Assembly: GCF_937128415.1 (NCBI RefSeq)
Contig: NZ_CAKZMJ010000068.1
Span: forward strand, 133,308 to 197,307
DNA length: 64,000 bases
Source: an uncultured Caldilinea sp.
GTDB lineage: Bacteria; Chloroflexota; Anaerolineae; Caldilineales; Caldilineaceae
Reading direction: 5' to 3'
The notes under the pieces were generated by a model. That model saw only the letters and a program-made list of their open reading frames with translations. It was not told where the DNA came from and searched no databases. The position numbers were made by a program, and so were the translations under genes. Position 1 is the stretch's first letter. Every line of letters begins with the position of its first letter. This document shows positions 1 through 29,238 of the stretch, piece by piece.

Positions 1-374
1 AGGAGCACGCCGGCATGGCGACAGGCAAAGTCGGCCACCACCGCCGGCATCAGATAGGCGTTGACCGTCTGCACAACGCCCAAAGAGAGCGCCCCCCGAC
101 GCAAGCCGCTCAATTCCTGCAGCTCCGTCTCCATCTGCTCCAACTGCGCAAAGATTCTCTGCGCAGCGCGGACGACAATCTCGCCCTCCGCCGTGAGGCG
201 CACCGATCTACCCTGTCGGTCAAGCAACGTCACGCCGAGCAGCTCTTCGAGCTGTTGAATCTGTTGGGAGAGCGCAGGCTGCGACACAAACAGCTTTTCA
301 GCCGCTCGCGTGAAATTTCCCGCCTCCGCCACGGCGAGAAGATAGCGGAGTTGCCGCAGTTCTGGATGATTCAT
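1..374 (-). CDS. LysR-family transcriptional regulator, N-terminal part only (3' end lies outside the window)
   Basis: The reverse complement of 1-374 reads MNHPELRQLRYLLAVAEAGNFTRAAEKLFVSQPALSQQIQQLEELLGVTLLDRQGRSVRLTAEGE..., a typical LysR HTH N-terminus. ATG on minus strand at 374. The listed + strand ORF 15..395 is its antisense shadow. Confidence 0.8.
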   Translation of the reverse strand, partial: MNHPELRQLRYLLAVAEAGNFTRAAEKLFVSQPALSQQIQQLEELLGVTLLDRQGRSVRLTAEGEIVVRAAQRIFAQLEQMETELQELSGLRRGALSLGVVQTVNAYLMPAVVADFACRHAGVL

Positions 375-513
375 AAGAAAATCTTATCGATATAAGAAAA
401 AACGAATATTTCACTTATCAATTTACCTGAAGTATTGTGAAGACGTCAAATGCGTGCGAGCGCGCAAACAGCCGAGACGAATAGCAGAATTTCGTTCGGA
501 AAGGAGAAATCCC

Positions 514-1113
<600 letters not shown>

Positions 1114-1129
1114 GGAGCGCGCCGGCGCG

Positions 1130-3588
<2,459 letters not shown>

Positions 3589-3618
3589 GTGGACGGATGA
3601 AACGGATGATCCTTCATT

Positions 3619-5085
3619 TCAATCGCTCTCGCCCCGGCAGGCCGGATCGTCCGCCGGCGGTTCGCACAGTCCGGTGCTCTTACACCAGAGCTGTTGCGCC
3701 CGCAACAGGCCGCAGGCGGCGCTGTCCACGGCGCCGGAGATGGCTGCACCGGTCGAGGCTCCGACGTCGACCGTCGGCGGAGAAGGCGTCGCCGCACCAG
3801 CCGACCGCAACGTTGCATCTACGGCGCTCTGCACTGCATCGACGCTCACCTGCGTTCCTTCGGCGACGGCGATGGCTGCACTGCTGGCGGCGTCGCCGAT
3901 CCAGGCGGTCGCCGTGTTCCACCAGGGGAGCTGCGCATCGGCCAGGGTTTCGGGGGAGAGCGTTGCGTCTTCGGGCGCCTGTAAGACCAGCTCGTTCTCC
4001 GTGGCGACGCCCAGGATCGGCGCAGCGAGATTGCCGCCCAGGCGCACGTAGGCGTCGCGCAGGCGCTGGAAGGGGACAAAGAACTCCACCATGCCGCCCG
4101 TTTCGAGCAGGGTTTTGGGCGCCACGCGCGCGTCGACGAGGCCCTGAACCAACAGCCCGCGGCGGTCGATGCGCACGGTGCTGTCGAGTGCAAGCGGCGC
4201 CTCTTGCAGGCGCAGCAGCTCGGCCAGCGGGCCGCCCTCGATGCTGAGGTCGGTGTTCAACTGCACGAAGTTGCGCTCCGGATCATGCGAAAACAGCGCG
4301 GCCACGCCGACCGTCGAACGCAGGGGCAAGGCCACGCCGGTGAGCATCGGCAACTGGCCGGCGTCGATGCCGAGCGTCGTAGCCACCAGCGCCAGCCGCA
4401 CCGCCTGTGCGACATTGAACCGGCCGTCGAGATAGAGCAACTGGTTTTCCGGATCGACGATGATGGTGGTCGATTCGCCTTCGGGTAGGCCCAGCGTGAT
4501 CGGCGTCGCAGCGCCGCTTTCATCGAGCAGCGTTGCGTCGAGCGTCAACCCTTCGCCGAGGCGCATGTAGAAGTAGCGGTCTTCTGCGTTCAACAATCTC
4601 CCCGCCGCATCTAGCTCGGCGCCGTAGTCATAGCCGAACTCCGCCGCAAACGCGCCGCCGATGCGCAGGTTGTTGGGCAGCGTCAGGGAGGGCAGCACGG
4701 TCTCCGCCTTTCCGCGCAAGCGCTGGACTTTTCCCGTTGCATCGACGCCGATCAAAAAGTCGCCGTTGCGCATCTGGAGCACGCCGACCGGCAGGCTGAG
4801 CGTGAGCTGATCGGAGATTTCCACGCGGGCGCCGGAAAGTCCTCCCAGTGCGCTGACCGGCAGATCAAAACGCAGCGGATTGGCGGCGGGCACAGCCACT
4901 TCCGCCTGCAGCCCAGAAGCGTTGACGGTCAGAAAGCACTGGCTGTCTTTGCAGCGCACGCCATACACAGAAAGCTCTGCACGGCCAGTGGAGGAAGCAA
5001 CATCCTGGGCAAACGCTGCGACCGGGAAAAGGTTCCCGATGAGGCTGACCAGGAGGCCCAGGATGAGAATGCAGCGAATTTTCAT
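3619..5085 (-). CDS. Secreted protein of unknown function (N-terminal signal peptide); first gene of the ABC-2 operon
   Basis: MKIRCILILGLLVSLIGNLFPVAAFAQD is a signal peptide, with GGAG 9 nt upstream of this ATG. The track ORF extends to 5193. Cys-rich C-terminus. No recognisable catalytic motif. Confidence 0.6.
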   Translation of the reverse strand: MKIRCILILGLLVSLIGNLFPVAAFAQDVASSTGRAELSVYGVRCKDSQCFLTVNASGLQAEVAVPAANPLRFDLPVSALGGLSGARVEISDQLTLSLPVGVLQMRNGDFLIGVDATGKVQRLRGKAETVLPSLTLPNNLRIGGAFAAEFGYDYGAELDAAGRLLNAEDRYFYMRLGEGLTLDATLLDESGAATPITLGLPEGESTTIIVDPENQLLYLDGRFNVAQAVRLALVATTLGIDAGQLPMLTGVALPLRSTVGVAALFSHDPERNFVQLNTDLSIEGGPLAELLRLQEAPLALDSTVRIDRRGLLVQGLVDARVAPKTLLETGGMVEFFVPFQRLRDAYVRLGGNLAAPILGVATENELVLQAPEDATLSPETLADAQLPWWNTATAWIGDAASSAAIAVAEGTQVSVDAVQSAVDATLRSAGAATPSPPTVDVGASTGAAISGAVDSAACGLLRAQQLWCKSTGLCEPPADDPACRGESD

Positions 5086-5267
5086 GGCGTCGCTCCGCTT
5101 CATGAAAGTGAGAAAACGAATCCGTCCATCGCAGTATACTGCATGCCACAGAGATTCCAAACCGGAAGCGCCGCCGCCCTGCGAGCGCTCCAATCAGACA
5201 TATCCCTGTGTGAGGAAGGGTTTGCTCCTGCTTGGAAGAGCGGCTGCGTTGTGGCACAATAAAAAAT

Positions 5268-5370
5268 ATAAAGTGTTGCGTGTTGGGTGTTACGTCTTGG
5301 GTGTTGGGTGTTGCGTGATGCGTGACCGGGATTCGTGAAACACGCAACACGCAGCACGCAACATCGATCC
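5268..5370. repeat. Degenerate GT-rich direct repeats (GTGTTGSGTG units) followed by their inverted complement (CACGCAACACG...)
   Basis: gtgttgcgtg ttgggtgttacgtcttgggtgttgggtgttgcgtgatgcgtg ... cacgcaacacgcagcacgcaacat. Lies in the divergent intergenic region between the secreted-protein gene and the S8 protease. Confidence 0.5.
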
Positions 5371-5418
5371 ACTTGCCGGAAAACGCTCGCCGCAGAGACG
5401 CCGAGAACACCGAGCTTC

Positions 5419-6695
<1,277 letters not shown>

Positions 6696-6699
<4 letters not shown>

Positions 6700-7028
6700 C
6701 GCAGAAATTTGTGCAAAATTCCGCCTCTGCCAAGAACGCAACGCCCGCCTTCGTCAACGTCTTACTCCAGGTCGAACGACCTGCCCCGGAAGAGCTTGCG
6801 CACTACTCGCGGGGGGAGCGCTATCGACTGTTGCGCGCCAATGTCGAGGCGCAGCGCAAGCAACTGCAACAATGGATCGCCATGCACAACCTCAGCGACG
6901 AGGTGCGCTCCGTCAGCCCGGCGACCGGGTTCAACATGCTCTTCGTCGAGTGCACCCCGCACGCGGCGCAGGAGCTGCTCCATGCGCCCGGCGTCATTGA
7001 CATTACGCCTGTTGATCAAGCAGATTGA
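6696..7028 (+). CDS. Small protein resembling a subtilase propeptide / I9-type inhibitor, encoded separately downstream of the S8 peptidase
   Basis: 110 aa. The C-terminal segment SPATGFNMLFVECTPHAAQELLHAPGVIDITPVDQ follows the F-hyd-hyd-Thr-Leu...PxVxYVExD pattern of subtilisin propeptides. ATGA overlap with the protease stop codon. Composition is protein-like, not the Arg/Ala-rich pattern of spurious GC-rich ORFs. It occupies the non-coding 5' extension of the moeA ORF in another frame. Confidence 0.5.
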
Positions 7029-7041
7029 GTTGAAGACCCTT

Positions 7042-8310
<1,269 letters not shown>

Positions 8311-8360
8311 AACTACGGCGTCGAACCTACGTCGAACCCTCTGCGTCTGGCAATTGTCGA

Positions 8361-8389
8361 TTGAACGGCCCTTCCTGTTCTGGTATGCT
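8361..8389 (+). promoter_or_regulatory. Sigma70-like promoter candidate (TTGAAC-N17-TATGCT) with a ~190-nt leader upstream of the large secreted protein gene
   Basis: ttgaacggcccttcctgttctggtatgct. Confidence 0.35.
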
Positions 8390-8576
8390 CTGCTGCGGGA
8401 AGGTTCGAGGCTTGCTCGAATTCCCCAAGACCTTACGATTCATCGAAATGTACGGCTGAGCGCCGCACCGACCATCACCGCTGTCTATTGCTCAAGTCGT
8501 TCTATCGATTGCCAGATTCAACTGCGCAACCTTTATTCTGATGCGCACAGCAAAGGATGAAAAGAGGAGAAGGCCG

Positions 8577-12371
<3,795 letters not shown>

Positions 12372-12481
12372 CATGGGGCAGGAGAAAATCTTGCGGATAG
12401 AGCGGAGGTGACGCTGCTTCCGTGTTTGCAACGCGTCTTCGCGCTTGCAGGCAAAGGCTTGCAGGTAAAGTGAAAAAGCGA

Positions 12482-12514
12482 AAGGAGGAGCGCCTCTGTC
12501 GCTCCTCCTTTTTG
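12482..12514. terminator. Bidirectional rho-independent terminator between two convergent genes
   Basis: aaggaggagcg-cctctgt-cgctcctcctt: an 11-bp perfect stem flanked by A-run / T-run (gaaaaagcg ... ttttgcg). Confidence 0.6.
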
Positions 12515-12535
12515 CGTCGCCGCTGCGGCTGTCGT

Positions 12536-15451
12536 CTACGGTTGCTTAAAAATCACGGGGAGATGATTGGCCGCTCCCACGTTCACCGACACTGCGTTCG
12601 ACGTTACAGGCGTGGCCGGATGCGTTGCCGAGTGGACCGTGGCAGTGTTCGTTAGCGTCAGACCGACCGTGATCGCAGCGCTTGCCTCGATCATGATAGC
12701 CGGCGCCGGGCCGAGAGCGAGCGAAGGTGCAGAGCAAATTACGCTCGGTGCACTAAAACCGCAACTCCAGCCAGCCCCCGAGGCGCCGATGAAATTCATG
12801 CCGGTTGGCAGAACGTCGGTCACCACGACGCTGGCCGCAGGGCTCGGGCCTGTATTGGTCACCAGGAGCGTATAGGAGATAGTCGCGCCCGACGCCACCG
12901 TGTTGGTCAAGATGGCATTGTAGCTCTGCATCTTGCCGATCTGCAGGTTGGCCACAGGGGTGACCGGTGTATTCACGACGGAAACGTTATTAACCAAACC
13001 AGGGTCAGGGTTGCCCGAAGCGACCGTGGCCGTGTTGACGACGGAGCCGGCGAGGGTCGGCGCCGTCGCCGTAAAGACAAGCGTGGTTCCTGCGCCGGCT
13101 GCAAGCGTCGGCAGCGTAAAGATTGCCTGGCCGCTGCTGCTGCTCTGCAAAGTAAATCCGCCTCCGTTTACGACGCCGCCGAAGCTTGCACCGCCTGTGA
13201 GCGTGTCGGTTAAGACAATGTTCAAGGCGGAGCCAAAGCTGCTCAGGTTCACGACCAACACGGTGTAGGTGATGGTTTCTCCGCTCATCACAGAGGCAGG
13301 GAAGACCGTCTTGTTAACAGAGAGGTCTGCTTCCTCCAACTCAAAGGCGCCGATGTCGCAAGCTGCGCCCTGTGGCCGCGCCAGGCCGCGCTGATCGCTT
13401 ATGACGCCATAACCGTTGCAGGCCCCGGCCTGATCGATCGCGGGGCTTCCTGCTCCGAGCGCGTGATTGGGTGTTGCGCCGCCGTTCAAAGCCAGCGGCT
13501 GCAACAGCGGATTGACATTGGTGAATGCAAAGCCGGTGCAGGAAGCATCGTCCGACAACGACGCGCCATTGTGAGTCACCGCAGCGCCGGTGCAATTCCC
13601 CCCTGCGTTGTTCGCCAACAAGGTCGCCAATACTTCAACAGGGGCGCCAGGCTCGACATGGAGGCCGCCTCCGGTCGAGTTTGCAATCGTCGTGTGCGTC
13701 AGGTAGCTCGTGGTGTTGAAAGAGTTGAAATTATATAGTCCGCCGCCGCTCGCAGCGCTGTTGCCACTCAACGTAGCATTGATGCTATGGAACAGATACG
13801 AGTTCAAGACGCCGCCGCCTCGCTGCCCCCCGACGTTGCCGACGATGCTAGAGTTGAGCACCGTCATTTCGCCGTTGGAGTGGATGCCGCCGCCCCATAA
13901 CAGAGCGCCGCTGCCGGAGACCGTGTTGCTCTGAATGAGGCTGCTATCCACGATCACGGTGTCCACCAAGGTCACAATGTTGATGCCGCCGCCGCTAACC
14001 AATCCACCGCCTGTGCCACTCGCCGAATTGTTCGCAACGGTGACGCTGTTCAGGAAAAGCTGGCCTCCCGGAGGCGTAATCTGAGCATAGCTCGCAATGC
14101 CGCCTCCGCTTGCATTTGTAGCCTCGATGCGGTTATGAGAGATGGTCCCCCTGACGATAGACATTTTCTGTTGTTGGTTGAGAACACCCCCACCGTAAAC
14201 GTCCGCACTGACTAACGGCGATGCCGTGTCGACAACGTTGAATTCGATGCGGACGGCGTTCAACGATGCAGCCGAACCGGCGTTTAAGACGCCGCCTCCG
14301 CCGACCGCCGAGCCATTCAAAATCGCTCGGACGTGGTTGTATGAAATCTGCCCGCCTGCAATAGTCAGCGGACCGGTTGCACCGGTCGCTTGATGAATTC
14401 CCCCTCCTCCTGCAACCCACAACGAAGGCGTCGAGGGATCATAAAAAACAACATTGCTCATCACGTCAGTGTTGTTCAGATTCAAGCCGGAGACGCTCCA
14501 GATCCCGCCGCCGCCCAGGCCTGTGCCGACCTGAAGATAGCCGGCGACATTGCTGAGCACCCGACTGTCGTCGATCTGTAATCCACGAGTCGTCAGATTG
14601 GCGACGCCGCCGCCTTCCACCTCCGAGCGGTTATAGGCGACGGTGCTGGTGAGGATCGTCCTGGGAAAAGGACCGCCGCCTAACCATAGTCCGCCTCCTT
14701 GGCCGCCGCTGAGGGGGGATGCATCGGCTGTGTTGCTGAGCACCTCACTTGTTTCAAGCACAAAATTGCCGTTGAACTTTTCACACGCGCCGCCACCGTT
14801 GCCGCCCACCACCTCGTTGTCCTGCAGCCTCACATTTCGCAGCGTGAGCGAACGATTCGAGCCAATCGCCCGTACGCCTCCGCCGCTAAAGCTGCACACC
14901 ATTCCCGTCTCGGGAGTCGCCGTAAAATCGACCGCCCCCCCTCGAATCACGAGATTTTCGAGCAAAATATCTCCTTGCGGCGAGCTGCCGCTTGGGATGT
15001 CAAAGATGCGATCCGTCCAGGCGGCGACGGTTTCCACCGTCACTTTGCCGGGCGGCCCTGAAATTGTCAGACTGTTGGGAAAGGAAGGATCGTTAATATC
15101 CAGATCGAGGAATGAATTGTCGTCATTGTTGACGCCAGAGGACAACGACAACTGCACCACGGAGATGCCCGGCCCGAAACGAATTGTATCGTTTCCATAA
15201 GCTCCAACGGCGACGCAACCGCCGAAATCACTGTCTTGGTTAGCGGATTGAATCGCCTCGCGTAAAGAGCAGGTTGCGTTTGGCGCTACATCGTATTCAT
15301 CGTTAGGCGTATTCACCGTGAGGTCCGCGGCATTCACAACACTGCTGAAGGCAATGACAGCCATCAGCGCCGCCGTGATGCTGAGACAGCCTCTAAGAAA
15401 CTTAAGCAGAAGTTTCGGTGGGCGCGACCCTTTTGCCTTTTCGTCCTCCAT
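12536..15451 (-). CDS. Secreted right-handed parallel beta-helix repeat protein with C-terminal DUF11-type repeats (cell-surface protein)
   Basis: Signal peptide ([29 protein letters not shown]) is followed by [13 protein letters not shown]...GGC, the conserved N-terminal motif of beta-helix surface proteins. Many GG..N.G repeats. C-terminal LSVNKTV...[10 protein letters not shown] and NLQIGK...[11 protein letters not shown] are DUF11-like. Start at 15451 (MEDEK, with GGGGGAG RBS). Confidence 0.8.
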   Translation of the reverse strand: MEDEKAKGSRPPKLLLKFLRGCLSITAALMAVIAFSSVVNAADLTVNTPNDEYDVAPNATCSLREAIQSANQDSDFGGCVAVGAYGNDTIRFGPGISVVQLSLSSGVNNDDNSFLDLDINDPSFPNSLTISGPPGKVTVETVAAWTDRIFDIPSGSSPQGDILLENLVIRGGAVDFTATPETGMVCSFSGGGVRAIGSNRSLTLRNVRLQDNEVVGGNGGGACEKFNGNFVLETSEVLSNTADASPLSGGQGGGLWLGGGPFPRTILTSTVAYNRSEVEGGGVANLTTRGLQIDDSRVLSNVAGYLQVGTGLGGGGIWSVSGLNLNNTDVMSNVVFYDPSTPSLWVAGGGGIHQATGATGPLTIAGGQISYNHVRAILNGSAVGGGGVLNAGSAASLNAVRIEFNVVDTASPLVSADVYGGGVLNQQQKMSIVRGTISHNRIEATNASGGGIASYAQITPPGGQLFLNSVTVANNSASGTGGGLVSGGGINIVTLVDTVIVDSSLIQSNTVSGSGALLWGGGIHSNGEMTVLNSSIVGNVGGQRGGGVLNSYLFHSINATLSGNSAASGGGLYNFNSFNTTSYLTHTTIANSTGGGLHVEPGAPVEVLATLLANNAGGNCTGAAVTHNGASLSDDASCTGFAFTNVNPLLQPLALNGGATPNHALGAGSPAIDQAGACNGYGVISDQRGLARPQGAACDIGAFELEEADLSVNKTVFPASVMSGETITYTVLVVNLSSFGSALNIVLTDTLTGGASFGGVVNGGGFTLQSSSSGQAIFTLPTLAAGAGTTLVFTATAPTLAGSVVNTATVASGNPDPGLVNNVSVVNTPVTPVANLQIGKMQSYNAILTNTVASGATISYTLLVTNTGPSPAASVVVTDVLPTGMNFIGASGAGWSCGFSAPSVICSAPSLALGPAPAIMIEASAAITVGLTLTNTATVHSATHPATPVTSNAVSVNVGAANHLPVIFKQP

Positions 15452-15669
15452 AGACTCCCCCTTGCGATATCCTGAAAATGACGAAACCACATCTGTAAAC
15501 ATTGATGGCGCGCCATTGTCGATCATCGTAGACAGCAGGCGACAAAACGCTGTGACTTGCGACACAAGCGTCATGTGTTGTCCGCTCTTGACAGATCACC
15601 GGCTTAGGGGGGCCGAACGGGGAGATTCAAAAATTTCTCTGGAGCGCAAAAGGACGATCTCCACCGGAC

Positions 15670-15703
15670 AATAAAAAGTAGGAGCGGCATCCACCGCTCC
15701 TAC
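15670..15703 (-). terminator. Rho-independent terminator downstream of qor (minus strand)
   Basis: gtaggagcgg-catcca-ccgctcctac hairpin. On the minus strand it is followed by TTTTTAT. Confidence 0.55.
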
Positions 15704-15753
15704 ATCTCCATGCGTCATTCTAGCATAGGCGGCGCTTTGCGACGCCAAAAACG

Positions 15754-16734
<981 letters not shown>

Positions 16735-16740
16735 GGCGTC

Positions 16741-16800
16741 CTCCTGTGTGATGCGTGTTTCGTGTTGCGTGGCGCGTGTTTCGTTACGGAATGCGCACCA
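16741..16800. repeat. Second copy of the GTGTTGCGTG / GATGCGTG GT-rich repeat motif (tandem gcgtgtttcgt units)
   Basis: gtgtgatgcgtgtttcgtgttgcgtggcgcgtgtttcgttacgg sits immediately upstream of the qor RBS. Read on the minus strand it gives cacgcaacacgaaacacgcatcacac, which matches cacgcaacacgcagcacgcaacatcg at 5341-5366 (~20/24). Confidence 0.45.
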
Positions 16801-16810
16801 TGCAGCAATC

Positions 16811-19026
<2,216 letters not shown>

Positions 19027-19309
19027 AAACGCCAGCCGCCTTTCCTGTGTGGATGGATGAATGCTTTTTAATCCGACGGAGCTTTATACAAACAATATCG
19101 TATCACAAAGCATGTTCAGCTTCGTCAGTTAGCGACGAATTATATTTAACAAACAAATTATGCAGCAGAATCTGGCAATCGATAGAGCATATTGAGAAAC
19201 TAGTCGGCGATGATGGTGGGTGCAGCTCCCAGCCGCACGTTCTCGGTGAACCGCACGGTCTTGAGGAATGTAAGGAAGCACAGAAAGGGGAAAAGCGAGG
19301 TGGCCTGGC

Positions 19310-20362
19310 TCACGGCGACGCCGGCTGCGACTGCAGAGTGCTCTCGCGCACGATCAGCTCCGGCTGCAACAAGTGCATGGCAGGCGGCTCAGGCTCGGCG
19401 TCCTGAAGACGCAGTTCAATCCGGCGATGCAGCTCCTCGACGGCCACCCGCCCTAAATCGAGAAGATGTTGACGGATGGTCGTCAGCGCGGGCCAGAAAA
19501 AGGCCGACTCCGGAATGTTGTCGAAGCCCACGACCGACACCTCTTCCGGCACGCGGCGGCCGGTGGCGTGACAATAGCGCAGCGCGCCGAGCGCCATTTG
19601 GTCGTTGCAGGCGAACACGGCGTCGAGGTCCGGCCGGCGATGCAACAGGGCTTCCAGCGCAGCTTCTCCGGAGGCCGCCGACCAACTTCCTTCGTAGATC
19701 AGCGCATCATCGCCTTCCAGGCCGGCCTCGTCGAGCGCGCGGCGCCATCCTTCCAATCGCTGCCGGGCCTCCCACCACGTCAACGGCCCCGTGATGACAC
19801 CGATCGTGCGCCGACCTGTAGCGATCAGGTGACGGGTCGCCAGCTGGGCGCCAACGCAGTTATCGGTGGAGACGATCGAGGCCCCCGGCCGCGGCGCCAT
19901 CGTCAGAAAAATGATCGGCGGCAGCGTGCGCAGCCGCTCCTCATCGATCCACGCCCGATTGTCGCCCACCTCGTGCACCGCCCAGATGATGCCGTCCACG
20001 CGTCGCGCCGTCAGCTCATCGAGCACGGCGTCGACGTCGGCGACGTCTGGCTCATGCAGCAGGTCAAGCAACAGCGAGTATCCCAGTTCCGCCGCCGCCC
20101 GCTCGATGCCCACCAGAGTGCGCGAGGGGCCGTAAAACTCCAATCCATACGTCACCACGCCCAACGTGTCGCTGCTGCGGTTCACCAGGCTGCGCGCCAG
20201 GAGATTCGGCTGATACCCCAGCTCCTCCACGGCGCGCAGGACGCGCTCGCGCGTCGCTTCCGCCACCGGACGTTTGCCGGTCAAGACGTTGGAGACCGTG
20301 CCCGCCGAGACGCCTGCATGGGCGGCGACGTCCACAATGGTCACAGGATGTTTGCGCTCCAT
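19310..20362 (-). CDS. LacI-family transcriptional regulator
   Basis: N-terminal [24 protein letters not shown] plus a periplasmic-binding-protein-like effector domain. Divergent from the sugar ABC operon. Confidence 0.9.
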   Translation of the reverse strand: MERKHPVTIVDVAAHAGVSAGTVSNVLTGKRPVAEATRERVLRAVEELGYQPNLLARSLVNRSSDTLGVVTYGLEFYGPSRTLVGIERAAAELGYSLLLDLLHEPDVADVDAVLDELTARRVDGIIWAVHEVGDNRAWIDEERLRTLPPIIFLTMAPRPGASIVSTDNCVGAQLATRHLIATGRRTIGVITGPLTWWEARQRLEGWRRALDEAGLEGDDALIYEGSWSAASGEAALEALLHRRPDLDAVFACNDQMALGALRYCHATGRRVPEEVSVVGFDNIPESAFFWPALTTIRQHLLDLGRVAVEELHRRIELRLQDAEPEPPAMHLLQPELIVRESTLQSQPASP

Positions 20363-20450
20363 TCAAAAATCCTTGTCCGATGTTCAGGTTGATCGAACGC
20401 TCAAGTCGACCCGCACCTTCGAGCAATGAAGGGAGATGAAAAACAAGCAA

Positions 20451-20480
20451 TTGACAAGCGGAATCGACCTGTGTTACAAT
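20451..20480 (+). promoter_or_regulatory. Sigma70-like promoter (TTGACA-N18-TACAAT) for the sugar ABC operon
   Basis: ttgacaagcggaatcgacctgtgttacaat. Confidence 0.5.
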
Positions 20481-20488
20481 CAATGTCG

Positions 20489-20502
20489 TTAAAACGTTTT
20501 AA
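20489..20502. promoter_or_regulatory. Perfect 14-bp palindrome TTAAAACGTTTTAA, candidate LacI-family operator
   Basis: Central CG with AA-N-CG-N-TT symmetry, as is typical of LacI/CcpA-type operators. Lies just downstream of the -10 element. Confidence 0.45.
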
Positions 20503-20575
20503 GAATATTGTACGACGCATCCCTGGGCTTGTCAACGCCCGCTTTTAATAAGACCTTTGGCCCATCGAGCAATTT

Positions 20576-23150
<2,575 letters not shown>

Positions 23151-23287
23151 AAAAGGGTGCACAGTCTGAGAGCGACTTAGATCGCCCCTGTTGCGTGCAA
23201 TCGGTCGCCCTTCCAACCTTGACGCAGAGAGGAGATTCCCTCTGTCTATACCGTTCATTTTGATTCAAACAACGCAAGGAGCGGACT

Positions 23288-24418
<1,131 letters not shown>

Positions 24419-24440
24419 TCTCTAGCGGTTCACCTGTACA

Positions 24441-24494
<54 letters not shown>

Positions 24495-24765
24495 CAACGA
24501 CGAGTTCAAATTTCAAACCCCAAGCTCCTGGAAGGAATTCCCCGCGCAATATCCTGAGAAACCCCTGTTGCACAGTCCGGCGACTCGGTCGGCGTCAGCG
24601 CCGGCGAATTCCTCATCTCCTCTCCCCGACCGCCGAAGGCGCTGCGAGCGTCTGGGCGAAGCGATCAACCACAAAGGAGCGAAGACACAAGGAGGCTCAA
24701 AAGAATCGTGCGTTAGAAATTGTCGGGGATGAAATTTGACAATCGAATTTAGATAGAACAAAATA

Positions 24766-24785
24766 TTTTTAGCCATAACTAAAAA
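24766..24785. promoter_or_regulatory. Candidate DtxR/MntR-family operator (inverted repeat TTTTTAG-N6-CTAAAAA)
   Basis: tttttagccataactaaaaa lies ~30 nt upstream of the regulator start. It resembles TTAGG...CCTAA-type metalloregulator boxes only loosely. Confidence 0.3.
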
Positions 24786-24815
24786 TACGTGTATAACAAA
24801 CACAACACAAAAACC

Positions 24816-25505
24816 ATGAAGAAATCCGGCGCCACCCAGTCCGTTCAGGACTATCTGAAACACATTTATGAACTGACCGAAGATGGCTCTTCCGCCAGCA
24901 CCGGCGCGCTGGCGCAGCGCCTGAAGGTGAAGCCCGCCTCGGTCACGGGGATGCTCCGGAAGCTGGCTGCGGAAGATCCGCCGCTGGTGGAATACCGGAA
25001 GCACCAAGGGGTGGTGCTCACCGCCGCCGGTCGCCGGGCGGCGCTGGAGGTCATCCGCCACCATCGCCTGATTGAGGCCTGGTTGGTGCAATCGCTGGGG
25101 TATTCCTGGGACGAAGTGCACGAAGAGGCGGAGCGGCTGGAGCACGTCATCTCAGAGGAATTCGAGCGCCGCATCGACGCTGCGCTCGGCTACCCGACGC
25201 GCGACCCCCACGGCGAGCTGATCCCCGGCGCCGACCTGAGCATGCCCGAGGATGAGTCGCTGCCGCTTTCGGCGCTGCGCCCAGGCCGGGGCGCCGTTAT
25301 TCTGCGCGTGCTGGCGCGCGACCTGAATCTGCTGCGTCATCTCGAGGCGCTGGGGCTGACGCCAGGTGCGCAGATCGATGTGATCGATTATTCGCCCTTT
25401 GACAACAACTTGACGATTCGAGCCGGGGAACAGACGCACGTGTTGGGGCTGAATATTACGGCAAAGATATTTGTTCGATTTGAGGAACAAGACAACGATT
25501 CTTGA
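24816..25505 (+). CDS. DtxR/MntR-family metal-dependent transcriptional regulator (with C-terminal FeoA/SH3-like domain)
   Basis: The stretch DYLKHIYELTEDG...HHRLIEAWL...DEVHEEAERLEHV is colinear with DtxR/IdeR. Confidence 0.85.
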   Translation: MKKSGATQSVQDYLKHIYELTEDGSSASTGALAQRLKVKPASVTGMLRKLAAEDPPLVEYRKHQGVVLTAAGRRAALEVIRHHRLIEAWLVQSLGYSWDEVHEEAERLEHVISEEFERRIDAALGYPTRDPHGELIPGADLSMPEDESLPLSALRPGRGAVILRVLARDLNLLRHLEALGLTPGAQIDVIDYSPFDNNLTIRAGEQTHVLGLNITAKIFVRFEEQDNDS

Positions 25506-25617
25506 GACAAGCAACGATTGTGAATGAACCGAAAGAGCACAGCTGCGAGCAGCGCCTGCAAAATGATCCGATTGATGATTCGATAGCGAAACAACTACAG
25601 GAAGGGAAGAGGCGAAC

Positions 25618-28214
<2,597 letters not shown>

Positions 28215-28320
28215 ACATGGATTCAACGCAAGGGCGCAAAAAAGGAAGAGAGTGGTCGTCTGGCTGCGCCGCGCCTCGCCAGGCTTGCCAGGCGACAAGG
28301 AAGAGGCAAAGGAGCAGCGT

Positions 28321-29193
<873 letters not shown>

Positions 29194-29195
29194 GG

Positions 29196-29215
29196 TTATG
29201 GAGACTTTAATGTAG
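29196..29215. repeat. Left copy of an ~18-bp direct repeat TTAYGGAGACTTTAAYGT
   Basis: ttatggagactttaatgtag here versus ttacggagactttaacgtg at 31488-31506 (16/18 identical, 11-mer exact). This copy also forms an inverted repeat gagacttt...aaagtctc with downstream sequence. Confidence 0.4.
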
Positions 29216-29238
29216 CTGTCGTCTGCAAAGTCTCTGGC

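Noticed and set aside
15-395. 126-aa + strand ORF
   Set aside because: It is the antisense shadow of the LysR gene on the minus strand. Its own translation is Arg/Leu-rich and not protein-like, whereas the minus-strand frame gives a textbook LysR HTH.
3597-4247. 216-aa + strand ORF and other Arg-rich ORFs inside the secreted-protein gene
   Set aside because: Extreme Arg/Pro/Ala composition, typical of non-coding frames in GC-rich DNA.
6709-7041. N-terminal 111 aa of the 533-aa moeA ORF
   Set aside because: Arg/Ser/Cys-rich and not protein-like. MoeA homology starts at the internal ATG 7042. This region is better explained by the I9-like ORF in another frame.
8311-8576. Possible riboswitch or tRNA in the long leader before the large secreted protein gene
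   Set aside because: No cloverleaf or recognisable riboswitch consensus could be traced by eye. Only a promoter-like hexamer pair is noted.
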